Assembly (NCBI RefSeq): GCF_006345805.1
Contig: NC_043003.1
Span: 115,568,001 to 115,632,000, forward strand
Length of the DNA: 64,000 nt
Direction of reading: 5' to 3'
Origin: Octopus sinensis
Lineage: Eukaryota
Position 1 is the first letter of the stretch; each line of letters starts with the position of its first letter. A model generated the notes under the pieces. That model was given only the letters and a program-made list of their open reading frames with translations, did no database searches and was not told where the DNA came from. A program made the translations under genes and the position numbers. Positions 27,240 through 39,516 of this stretch are shown here, one piece after another.

Positions 27240-27562
27240 AGCACTCGGTCGGTTACGATGATAAGGGTTCCAGCGGATTCGATCAACGGAACAGCCTGCT
27301 CGTGAAATTAATGTGCAAGTGGCTGAGCACTCCATAGACATGTGTACCCTTAACGTACTTCTCGGGGAGATCCAGCGTGACACAGAGTATCACAAGGATA
27401 GCCCTTTGAAATACAGGTACAACTCATTTTTGTCACTTGAGTGGATTAGAGCAACGTGAAATAAAGTGTCTTGCTCAAGGACACGACACGTCGCCAGGAA
27501 TTGAACTCACGACCTTATAATCGTGAGTCAAATGCGCTAACCACTAAGCCATGCGCCTTCAC
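27240..27562 (-). mobile_element. tRNA-derived SINE family D (CORE-like middle, 3' half shared with family C)
   Basis: Reverse complement: gtgaaggcgcatggcttagtggttag...gagttcaattcc...gtgtccttgagcaagacact, then gtacctgtatttcaaaggg...gttccgttgatcg as in 35206-35588. Confidence 0.85.
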
Positions 27563-27670
27563 ATGTTTTTATACAAGGTCTGTATGCATGGTGTAGCTTT
27601 GTACCGTCTAGTTTTGTCATTATTTCATATTCCATGCATTCCGCTGAATATAAGTCCCAGAGAAAAACAA

Positions 27671-27805
27671 AAGTAAAATAAAACAGACCAAAAATACAAA
27701 ACACAACCTTCATACCTAAGATGGAATGAGGCCAAAAATTTGCGCCAATAACTTGTCCACATACGAAACCAAAACATTAGCTGCAATAATCATGTCTCCA
27801 AACAT
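27671..27805 (-). repeat. Diverged inverted paralog of one 66-bp unit plus the array's 3' flank
   Basis: Reverse complement atgtttggagacatgattattgcagctaatg...gacaagttattggcgcaaatttttggcctcattccatcttag-gtatgaaggttgtgttttgta aligns to 31385-31518. Confidence 0.9.
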
Positions 27806-28999
27806 AAATATTCTCTATTATCAAATACTTATTGGAGGCAATTCAATTCATTGTTACTTACAAATATTACCTCATCCACTGGTAGATTTTTTTGTTGCTT
27901 CAGATTTTATATTTCGAAAAATCTGGATCGCAATCCTATTTTGAAGACTCGGGAAGTTCTTCCTTTATTTTTACTTTTGTTTATCTAGGTGATTTTTTAT
28001 TACAATAAAAAATTCATGTTGTACAGTTCTCAAATTTGTAGGGCATTTTTTTTTATCAATGTTCAATTTCTTTTGTTCTCGTCTCGACGTCTCTAATAGT
28101 GACTGACTTGAAGACATAAAAAAACTGTTTTCTTGCTCCACTTTCATACTTGCTTTAATATGTCCCTAGTTATTATTTATAGCATTCTTTTAAATGTTGA
28201 GAACAGATCTTCCTCCGGCAGATTTTTACTAGTATTTTCTTCGGGCAGGAACATTTTTGCTTCTTTTTGTATCTTTTCTTATTAATTGGTTGGTTGTCCA
28301 GCGATTATCGTGATAATTAATTCTTCCAATATCTAGAGTTACCTTATTATTTTTACACCTCTGCTTTAAGTTTTAATCTAATTAGTTCTGTAATTTTATT
28401 TCAAAAGAAATTATTTCCTGTGTCTTTGTACCGCACGCTATCTACTTCTTTAATTTCTAATTATTTGTAAATTCTTTTCGAGTTTAATCTCGGTTACTAT
28501 ATTTAAAATATTAGCAGAGGTGTTTATTTATATACCTTTGTTGTCTGCATTTTCTAAATTACAATGCACAATAATTCCTTTATTGATCCACGTAGAGTAT
28601 GCCTGCTATCTATAACCACGAAGAATATTTGACTGATCTCAAGTAAATACTTAGCCAATTTAATCATGTTCTTGCAAGTGTTGGTACACCCTTCAGAAAT
28701 GAATTAATGAAGGGTAATCCATTGATATATCACCGTACAAGGAAACGTGGAAATCATTTCCATAATTGTTTTTCTTTACACTCGTAGAATTATTTCCTGT
28801 CCGTCTCTGACACTTTTTATGCATTTAGAGCTTGATGCAAATGGCTAAGGTTTGTAGCAAGTAAACACGATTGTTAGAAGTTAACTGTTAATCTATGTCA
28901 AGGTCATATATTCTTTTTATTCCAGTCGTACCTGTACACCTGTTTCAAATTCTGGAATCTGCGATTATCTCTTTATTCTCTTTATTCTTTATTCATCAG

Positions 29000-31473
29000 G
29001 ACTTCATCTTGCAAACTGCAGACAATATTCCATGCAACTTTATATACTTCTGGAACAATTTCGTTCTGCTTGGATTATGGTAGTTCTGCCATGATTATCG
29101 CAGACAAAGTTTTGGAGCTACACATGGACAAGATATTGGCCCAAATGTGTGGATGCATGATTATTGCAGCCAATGTTTTGGGTCTGTACGTGGACAAGTT
29201 ATTGGCCCAAATGTGTGGATGCATGATTATTGCAGCCAATGTTTTGGGTCTGTACGTGGACAAGTTATTGGCCCAAATGTGTGGATGCATGATTATTGCA
29301 GCCAATGTTTTGGGTCTGTACGTGGACAAGTTATTGGCCCAAATGTGTGGATGCATGATTATTGCAGCCAATGTTTTGGGTCTGTACGTGGACAAGTTAT
29401 TGGCGCAAATGTGTGGATGCATGATTATTGCAGCCAATGTTTTGGGTCTGTACGTGGACAGGTTATTGGCCCAAATGTGTGGATGCATGATTATTGCAGC
29501 CAATGTTTTGGGTCTGTACGTGGACAAGTTATTGGCCCAAATGTGTGGATGCATGATTATTGCAGCCAATGTTTTGGGTCTGTACGTGGACAAGTTATTG
29601 GCCCAAATGTGTGGATGCATGATTATTGCAGCCAATGTTTTGGGTCTGTACGTGGACAAGTTATTGGCCCAAATGTGTGGATGCATGATTATTGCAGCCA
29701 ATGTTTTGGGTCTGTACGTGGACAAGTTATTGGCCCAAATGTGTGGATGCATGATTATTGCAGCCAATGTTTTGGGTCTGTACGTGGACAAGTTATTGGC
29801 CCAAATGTGTGGATGCATGATTATTGCAGCCAATGTTTTGGGTCTGTACGTGGACAAGTTATTGGCCCAAATGTGTGGATGCATGATTATTGCAGCCAAT
29901 GTTTTGGGTCTGTACGTGGACAAGTTATTGGCCCAAATGTGTGGATGCATGATTATTGCAGCCAATGTTTTGGGTCTGTACGTGGACAAGTTATTGGCCC
30001 AAATGTGTGGATGCATGATTATTGCAGCCAATGTTTTGGGTCTGTACGTGGACAAGTTATTGACCCAAATGTGTGGATGCATGATTATTGCAGCCAATGT
30101 TTTGGGTCTGTACGTGGACAAGTTATTGGCCAAATGTGTGGATGCATGATTATTGCAGCCAATGTTTTGGGTCTGTACGTGGACAAGTTATTGGCCCAAA
30201 TGTGTGATGCATGATTATTGCAGCCAATGTTTTGGGTCTGTACGTGGACAAGTTATTGGCCCAAATGTGTGGATGCATGATTATTGCAGCCAATGTTTTG
30301 GGTCTGTACGTGGACAAGTTATTGGCCCAAATGTGTGGATGCATGATTATTGCAGCCAATGTTTTGGGTCTGTACGTGGACAATTATTGGCCCAAATGTG
30401 TGGATGCATGATTATTGCAGCCAATGTTTTGGGTCTGTACGTGGACAAGTTATTGGCCCAAATGTGTGGATGCATGATTATTGCAGCCAATGTTTTGGGT
30501 CTGTACGTGGACAAGTTATTGGCCCAAATGTGTGGATGCATGATTATTGCAGCCAATGTTTTGGGTCTGTACGTGGACAAGTTATTGGCCCAAATGTGTG
30601 GATGCATAATTATTGCAGCCAATGTTTTGGGTCTGTACGTGGACAAGTTATTGGCCCAAATGTGTGGATGCATGATTATTGCAGCCAATGTTTTGGGTCT
30701 GTACGTGGACAAGTTATTGGCCCAAATGTGTGGATGCATGATTATTGCAGCCAATTTTTGGGTCTGTACGTGGACAAGTTATTGGCCCAAATGTGTGGAT
30801 GCATGATTATTGCAGCCAATGTTTTGGGTCTGTACGTGGACAAGTTATTGGCCCAAATGTGTGGATGCATGATTATTGCAGCCAATGTTTTGGGTCTGTA
30901 CGTGGACAAGTTATTGGCCCAAATGTGTGGATGCATGATTATTGCAGCCAATGTTTTGGGTCTGTACGTGGACAAGTTATTGGCCCAAATGTGTGGATGC
31001 ATGATTATTGCAGCCAATGTTTTGGGTCTGTACGTGGACAAGTTATTGGCCCAAATGTGTGGATGCATGATTATTGCAGCCAATGTTTTGGGTTTGTGAG
31101 TGGACAAGTTATTGGCCCAAATGTGTGGATGCATGATTATTGCAGCCAATGTTTTGGGTCTGTACGTGGACAAGTTATTGGCCCAAATGTGTGGATGCAT
31201 GATTATTGCAGCCAATGTTTTGGGTCTGTACGTGGACAGGTATTGGCCCAAATGTGTGGATGCATGATTATTGCAGCCAATGTTTTGGGTCTGTACGTGG
31301 ACAAGTTATTGGCCCAAATGTGTGGATGCATGATTATTGCAGCCAATGTTTTGGGTCTGTACGTGGACAAGTTATTGGCCCAAATGTGTGGATGCATGAT
31401 TATTGCAGCCAATGTTTTGGGTCTGTACGTGGACAAGTTATTGGCCCAAATGTTTGGCATCATTTCGCCTTAG
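29000..31473 (+). CDS. Hypothetical repeat-encoding exon, (MCGCMIIAANVLGLYVDKLLAQ)n ending MFGIISP*; coding status unproven
   Basis: Strong acceptor (tttattctttattcatcag|29000); open frame from 29001 into the array; TAG at 31471-73 conserved in the paralog. Continuity requires the 1-bp deletions to be errors or polymorphisms. Confidence 0.25.
29090..31455. repeat. 66-bp minisatellite, 35 near-identical units plus a diverged lead unit
   Basis: Unit atgtgtggatgcatgattattgcagccaatgttttgggtctgtacgtggacaagttattggcccaa. First ATG 29145 to last 31450 is 2305 = 35x66 - 5, matching five 1-bp deletions seen (about 30130, 30205, 30382, 30755, 31240). Confidence 0.98.
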
Positions 31474-31824
31474 GTATGAAGTTTGTGTTTTGTATTTTGG
31501 GTCTGTTTTATTTTACTTTATTTTAAAGTTATCATAACACCTCAAGATTTGGTTTCAAAATTTTTGTTCGAGACGGTCACTATGTTGAGTATATTACTCC
31601 AAAGAGAACAAACACCAAAAGAGACTCGAGAGCAGTATATTCGTACATGCTGCTTATCAAACTTATTTTAAATCTAATCATCCGTTTCTTATATAGAGTA
31701 TCTAATAGTACTTTCTGCAAATTGCAATTAAAAATTAAAATCTGAGATTTAGGAAGAGAAATATGGATATCAATTGTCACATTGCACACTCCCCGCCATG
31801 ACAAAATTATCCCCAAAATTCAAT

Positions 31825-32215
31825 ACATATTTGAGTCATTTGACTGTGGCCATGCTGGAGGACCGTCTTTAGTCGAGTAAATCGCCCCCAGGACATATTC
31901 TTTGTAAGGCTAGTACTTATTATATCGGTCGTTTTTGCCGAACCGCTAAGTTACGAGGACGTAAACACACCAGCATCGGTTGTCAAGCGATGTTGTTGGG
32001 GTGGGGAGACACACACACACAAACACACACACATATGTATACATATATACGACGGGCTTCTTTCAGTTTCCGTCTACCAAATCCACTCACAAGGCTTTGG
32101 TCGACCCGAGACTATACTAGAAGACACTTGCCCAAGGTGGCACGCAGTGGGACTGAACCCGGAACCATGTTGTTCGTAAACAAGCTACTTACCACACAGC
32201 CACTCCTACGCCTAT
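31825..32215 (-). mobile_element. SINE family A, full length
   Basis: Collinear with 4455-4866. Confidence 0.9.
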
Positions 32216-32648
32216 ATTCATATTAAACAAACTTGCAAGCTATATAATTATAAATTTATTTCTTTATGGCCCACAGTGGATATACAATTAGAAATTACAA
32301 TTGTTTTCTTCTATCCCGTACGAAACGAAGATTATTCTACATTTGTAAATCCGAGCTACCCTACAGTAGATGCTGCACCGAATTGTGGTATCTCAGGAGG
32401 CTTTCACACATCCGATAGTTATATTTCTTTCATTTAATTGCCTGCGGTTATCGACGCTTACACCACACATCCCACTTACACATAGGTACGCTACATGCAG
32501 GGAGATGCTACATTCCGACAATACATTCCGCTTGTATATTGTAAGCCACAATATATTTATATATTGCTGGTTCCTTTCATGTGCTATTATACGCAGTAAA
32601 ACTTGTATATATATATAATATATATTATATATATATATATATATATAT

Positions 32649-32778
32649 TTTATTATATAGAAGGAGCTTCTACAGGACTAGAACTGTTTCATTCAAGAGA
32701 AATCTTCAGGAAGCTTCCTGAAGATTTCTCTTGAATGAAACAGTTCTAGTCCTGTAGAAGCTCCTTCTATATAATAAA
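32649..32778. repeat. Perfect 130-bp palindrome with no spacer (centre aag|ctt, 32713/32714)
   Basis: 65-bp arms checked base by base; abuts a (TA)n tract. Confidence 0.95.
32712..32762 (+). ncRNA. Type I hammerhead inside the palindrome (mirror copy 32665-32715 on the minus strand)
   Basis: agcttc CTGAAGA t ttc tctt gaa t GAAA cag ttctagtc ctGTA|gaagct: 6-bp stem I, 4-bp stem III, weak stem II. Confidence 0.7.
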
Positions 32779-32844
32779 TTAATTTTACTCTGCTATGTAT
32801 TGAGTACCTTACTTACTGTGGTTAACCCCGAATCAACCGGGACC

Positions 32845-32869
<25 letters not shown>

Positions 32870-32879
<10 letters not shown>

Positions 32880-33075
32880 TCTCCTTTTTTCTCCTTGTTT
32901 TTTCCTCTCCTTTTTTTGTCTCCTTTGTTCTCTCCTTCTTTCTCTCTGTATCCTTTCTGTAGAAGAGCGTAGGCTCGAAATGTAAAAGACTTTTTTCTTT
33001 CCCTGAGCGTTATACTAATACATCTCTTTGTTTTGTACACCACCTGCCTTCGTCTTTTGTTTCTTTCGTAAACTC
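32870..33075 (+). mobile_element. Penelope-like fragment with a degenerate hammerhead (32953-32988)
   Basis: cttt CTGTAGA a gagc gtag gctc GAAA tGTA|aaag; core position 6 is mutated; TA-flanked. Confidence 0.55.
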
Positions 33076-33133
33076 TCCCTATATATATATATATATATAT
33101 GTATATATACTTGGATGAATATACATACATATA

Positions 33134-33181
<48 letters not shown>

Positions 33182-33848
33182 CAGTTTTACACAAATCGCC
33201 TTCAATATGATCTACTCCTTCAATAACATTCTTGTGTGTGCTAGTACACTTATATATCTGTATGCACACATGGCCGTCACGTTTCATAGATTGTAGAACC
33301 ACATTGTTTTGTTCGATAGGTAATGTGACGTTATTTCTCATTCTGTTTCAAAACCATTGACAATGAATTTTTTTTAAAAATATATATATTCACTTTTTAA
33401 ATTACCATTTCCTCAATGCGAATACATTTCTCATTGTTTTAATTTATTTGATCTCATTATATGTTTTAACGCATGAGCAGTGCGCAAATTACTAAGATTG
33501 AAGCATTCATTTATTTATGGGCACACTTCTATATATGTGTGTGTCAGTCTATATGCGTGGTTTGTTGCTGTTGTTGTCAGTGTGTGCCTGTGTGTTTGCG
33601 CGTGTCTCTGTATGTATGTACCTATCTGTGTGTGTTTACTTTTAAATAAAGATATGTGCGTACCTACGTGGAGGGTACGTATAAGTAAGTGATAATGAGG
33701 ATTAGTTTGAATGGCCTGAACCCAAGTCATTCCTAATTGTTTTTTGTAGAAGTCCCATTTTCTTTCTTTTATCTCATATGAATACCTATGCCAAGTAGTT
33801 GTATGGCAGTGCGTATCTTCAGCTGTATGTTTCCACGTAAACACATGA

Positions 33849-33887
<39 letters not shown>

Positions 33888-33889
<2 letters not shown>

Positions 33890-34295
33890 CGCAGGAGTGG
33901 ATGTGTGGTAAGTAGCTTGCTAACCAACCACATGGTTCCGGGTTCAGTCCCACTGCATGGCATCTTGGGCAAGTGTCCTCTGCTATAGCCCCGGGTCGAC
34001 CAATGCCTTGTGAGTGGACTTTGTGGACGGAAACTGAAAGAAGCCTGTCGTATATATGTATATATATATATAAGTGCGTGTGTATATGTTTGTGTGTCTG
34101 TGTTTGTCCCCCTAGCATTGCTTGACAACCGATGCTGGTGTGTTTATGTCCCCGTCACTTAGCGGTTCGGCAAAAGACACCGATAGAATAAGTACTGGGC
34201 TTACAAAGAATAAGTCCCGGGGTCGATTTGCTCGACTAAAGGCGGTGCTCCAGCATGGCCGCAGTCAAATGACTGAAAAAAGTAAAAGAGTAAAA
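33888..34295 (+). mobile_element. SINE family A, full length
   Basis: ggcgcaggagtggatgtgtggtaag...gactgaaaaaagtaaaagagtaaaaga. Confidence 0.9.
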
Positions 34296-34317
34296 GATAT
34301 ATATATATATACATAAA

Positions 34318-34530
34318 GTTAATCTAAACATGAAAACACAAAGAGAAAACACAACGCGAGGACGAGGAACAAGTATGGTGTTATTGGACGCTCGGGAAAG
34401 GAAAGAAAGATGAGGGATTTAACGTTTGGAGCGGGGCTCTTCGTCAGAAACGTAGGAAAAGGAAAGATCCAAGGAAGGGAAGACGGAGGAAAAAATCGCC
34501 AACTATACACACGTGATCACATTTTGAATA
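34318..34530 (-). mobile_element. Penelope-like fragment, family of 11680-11895, hammerhead motif 34418-34451
   Basis: Reverse complement: gttt CTGACGA a gagc ccc gctc CAAA c GTT aaat (GAAA mutated to CAAA). Confidence 0.65.
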
Positions 34531-34554
34531 ACATATATATATATATATAACATA

Positions 34555-34785
34555 TATATGTGTGTGTGTGCTTGTGTGTGTTTGTGTATGTGCAAAACTA
34601 TATATGTATGTATGCATGTATGTATGCATGTATGTATGTATGTGTGTATGTATGTATGTATGTATGTATGTATGTGTGTATGTATGTATGTATGTGTGTA
34701 TGCATGTATGTATGTATGTATGTATGTATGTATGTATGAATGTATGTGTGTATGTATGTATGTATGTATGCATGTATGTATATGT
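34555..34785. repeat. (TATG)n-type microsatellite
   Basis: Directly visible. Confidence 0.9.
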
Positions 34786-35205
34786 ATACTCATGTTTTTA
34801 TGTGGAAATATTCGTATATGTTTGAATGCTTATGGATGTATGTCTTTGCATTTCATCTCGTGTCAGTTGTAGAGAACAGACTCTTTTGAAATTCGCAAAT
34901 TCATCATTACTCGTTAATATTAATATTAGCAGTTGAACATCCCCAAAATAGTTTTTATATCTTCTATATAACAAAAGGAGCTCATATTAGAATTTAATTT
35001 GTTAAGTGGCACGCACGAAAACCTCGACCCTTTAGGCACTCGTATAAATCTCCGCTGATTAAAAATATAAATGGGCAAAAGTTGATAGAAAATCCCATAT
35101 ATGTATGTAGTTATATATTCATATGAATATACATACGTACATATATATATATGTGTGTGTGTGTGTCTTTGTGTGTGTCTTTGTGCATACATATATGTAT
35201 ATAGA

Positions 35206-35588
35206 GTGGAGGCGCAATGGCCCAGTGGTTAGGACAACGGACTCGCGGTCGTAGGATCGCGGTTTCGATTCCCAGACCGGGCGTTGTGAGTGTTTGTTGA
35301 GTGAAAACACCTAAAGCTCCACGGGGCTCCGGCAGGGATGGTGGTGATCCCTGCTGTACTCTTTCACCACAACTTTCTCTCACTCTTACTTCCTGTTTCT
35401 GTTGTACCTGTATTTCAAAGGGCCGGCCTTGTCACTCTCTGTGTCACGCTGAATATCCCCGAGAACTGCGTTAAGGGTACACGTGTCTGTGGAGTGCTCA
35501 GCCACTTACACGTTAATTTCACGAGCAGGCTGTTCCGTTGATCGGATCAGCCGGAACCCTCGTCGTCGTAACCGACGGAGTGCTTCCA
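35206..35588 (+). mobile_element. tRNA-derived SINE family C, full length
   Basis: A-box tggcccagtggttagg, B-box ggtttcgattccc; close match to 60283-60664. Confidence 0.9.
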
Positions 35589-36639
35589 TCGATGAATAAA
35601 AATCTGAACATGTATATATTTATATATATATATATATATAGATAGATAGATAGATATACAGTGGTATGTATATATATGTGTATAAATATATAGGTGGTTA
35701 TTTATATATATTAACATATGTGTGTGTGTGTGTGTATGTATCTATGTATTATATTGAGAAAATAATCAACACTCCTGACCATCATCTGATGCTAATACAA
35801 TACTGTAAAAGCAACAAATCGAAAATTTAATCTCCAATAAAATACTGCATGTATAGAAGCGCAGAAGTCTGTTCTCTAAATTTCGCCGTCCATTTGAAAG
35901 CTGCAAACTTCCTCAGGACACTAACCCCTACTATGTATATGTACAATATTCTCTCGTCAATTACAATGTCTTTACCAGGCGGAACTATTGCAAAATATTA
36001 TTTCACATGCCACAAAAATATTTAAAGTAAAAATTACAAAATTCGTTAGAAAAATTGCAACATAATACCAAATGAAACATGCAGACACATATAAAAGAAA
36101 ATTGAAACATGTCTTTTAACATAAAGTCCAAAATGTTGGACACAACAAGCATTTCCACGCGTCGAAGGAAGATTAGAAAGTGGTCAAATGCCTTGGTGAG
36201 AAAGTCTACATGACTTCAACCAGATTATATAAAACAACGTAGACGACAAAATTTTATCGTTTTCACGATAAAATGGTGAAACAGGTCAGTTCATCTCAAA
36301 TTGTTTGTAAACTCCTAAATATATCTCCATCTAAGTATATATATATACCACCAAATTATGACCTTATTGAACTTATAATTTTCTGTGTATATATATAGAT
36401 ACTTCCAAACAAACATGATTTTTAATGAAATCTTAATATTTTAATGAACTTTTTAACATGTTCTTATTATTATGAAAGAATGTATATATGCATTGTAATA
36501 TTTGGTGAGAACCAGTACTTAACACAACAAAGCCTTTACGAAGCTTTTACATTTTACTTTTGACAATTTTTTCTAAAGAAGTGAAACCGGTCAAATGAAT
36601 AAACATCTTCTAAATTGCATTTCCAAACCTTCTTTCGTA

Positions 36640-36676
<37 letters not shown>

Positions 36677-36679
<3 letters not shown>

Positions 36680-36880
36680 TGCATTCATTTATTCTTTCCT
36701 TTGTTTCAAGCATTCGACTGCAGCCATGTTGGAGTACCGTCTTTAGTCGAGTAAACCGACCCAGAACTTATTCTTTGTAATCCTAGTACTTATTCTTTTG
36801 GGTTCTTTTGCAGAACCGCTAAGTGACGGGGACATAAACACATCAACATTGTTTGTCTAGCAGGACGAACATAAACAAAC

Positions 36881-36917
<37 letters not shown>

Positions 36918-37130
36918 ATATAATATATATGCATGCATTCATTTATTCTTTCCTTTGTTTCAAGCATTCGACTGCAGCCATGTTGGAGTACCGTCTTTAG
37001 TCGAGTAACCGACCCAGAACTTATTCTTTGTAATCCTAGTACTTATTCTTTTGGGTTCTTTTGCAGAACCGCTAAGTGACGGGGACATAAACACATCAAC
37101 ATTGTTTGTCTAGCAGGACGAACATAAACA

Positions 37131-37211
<81 letters not shown>

Positions 37212-37370
37212 AATATATATTTCAGTTTCTGTCTACTAAATCCACTCACAAGGCTTTGGTCGGCCCGATTTTATAGTAGAAAGGCTTGCCCAAGGTGCCA
37301 TGCAGTGGGACTGAACCAGGGACCACGTGGTTGATAAGCAAACTACTAACCACACAGTCGCTCCTGCACC
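36677..37370 (-). mobile_element. SINE family A with a 254-bp tandem duplication of its 3' half
   Basis: gcatgcattcatttattc... starts at 36677 and again at 36931; the copies are nearly identical and delimited by (TA)n. Confidence 0.9.
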
Positions 37371-37794
37371 TATACTCCAAAAATACTGCCCACTCCCATC
37401 CACAGGTCCACTTGCCAACAATGCTCTCTGAAAGGAATTAAGAAATCAACACAGGGAGATTGTAAATGTCTTCAAAACGGAACTCAATATTGTTCTTTCT
37501 ACGAGACCAGAAATAACCACGTCCCGCATGACATATATTTTTGTGGGCAGCCGCATCACTATTTTACACTAAAACACCGTTTTACGTCAATTCAGTCAAG
37601 AACCAGGAGAAGTGCACACGCAAGATTGGTGATGTGAACTTCTACCACGTAGAAGAGATCAACTATATATGAAGGCTGTCGAAATGGTACAAATTCAAGT
37701 CGGTGCTCCAGAATGACCATGGTGGTATATCTCAAAATATTTGAAGAGAGAAAAGTCATATTCACATGCATACATACAAACATATCTGTGTGTA

Positions 37795-38260
<466 letters not shown>

Positions 38261-38982
38261 TGATAGACAGACAGAGAAGGTGTGGGAGGGGCGAAAGTGG
38301 CGAACGAGAATAATTAGTTGGAAGTACAGACAAGATAGATACAAATATTAATTTCTATTTACTTTTATTTTGAAATTAATGCTGGAATCGGAATGGTATT
38401 GATGTGGCAGAGCTGGTTGCCATAATGTTTGTATAGGATGGTGGATGAAAATAATTGCACCATGCTTTTCGTCTCTAATCTCTGTCTGCGAGTAATTAAA
38501 TAAAGCCACTGATCTTGTTTCCAATCTGAACAGATGTAGCGTTATCTATTCACTGCTAATTTACTATAATGTTAATTAATTCCCTAACTTTGTTCTCTTC
38601 GTTACTCGCTTTCATTATTGAAGTTTATTAATTTTCTTAAACATTTTTTAATTTTATTTCAGACTATATAAATATGTGTGCATGTGTGTGTGTGTGTGCG
38701 TGTGTGTGTGATTATATATATAAAAATATCTTGTATACGCATTATATTTAACAAATATGTCCTGTCTGGTTGTCTAAACGTAGCTTGTGATAAAACATGC
38801 ATGATTCTATATAAAAGTGTTTGAATTAATGTGTGGACAGGTGCGTGATAAAACAAGACAAAGTAACGGTGTTTGTTTCTGTTTGCGTTCTTTATGCGAA
38901 TACCATAACAGTGAAATACGCTTGTGAAAAAGTGTCTATACATAAGTGTATATATGCATGCACACATATACACGCATTTAAT

Positions 38983-39049
<67 letters not shown>

Positions 39050-39327
39050 TATATATATGTATATGTATATGCATATGTATATATGTATATAGATAGATAG
39101 ACAGATACATAGATACATAGATAGGCTGAAGGACGGATGGACATACAGACAGACAGACAGACAGATAGATAGATTACAATTGTGGTTAACATTTTGGTTC
39201 TCTATACATACGCCACATCTTGAATCAACCCTGAGTTTGATCTCCGGCTTAAACTGGATTTGATTCTTATATTTCTACAATATCCTATCAGCATCTGTTG
39301 TTTTACATTATTGGAAAACCTATATAA

Positions 39328-39398
39328 TTGGCCGAAGAGCACTCAGCATCTTGAATCTGCTTTTAATAAAATGTTGTAGTGCGAAACATTTGTACCAA
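39328..39398 (+). ncRNA. Type I hammerhead (CCGA variant) in a Penelope-like fragment (about 39170-39430)
   Basis: ttgg CCGAAGA gcac...gtgc GAAA c attt GTA|ccaa: 4-bp stem I, G-C closed stem II with inner cagcat/atgttg helix; followed by ccggagtcattcttgttgcttatttt and (TA)n. Confidence 0.7.
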
Positions 39399-39430
39399 AT
39401 CACCGGAGTCATTCTTGTTGCTTATTTTTG

Positions 39431-39516
<86 letters not shown>

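Noticed and set aside
29090-31455. CRISPR-like array
   Set aside because: Units are contiguous and identical with no unique spacers, there are no cas genes, and the context is eukaryotic.
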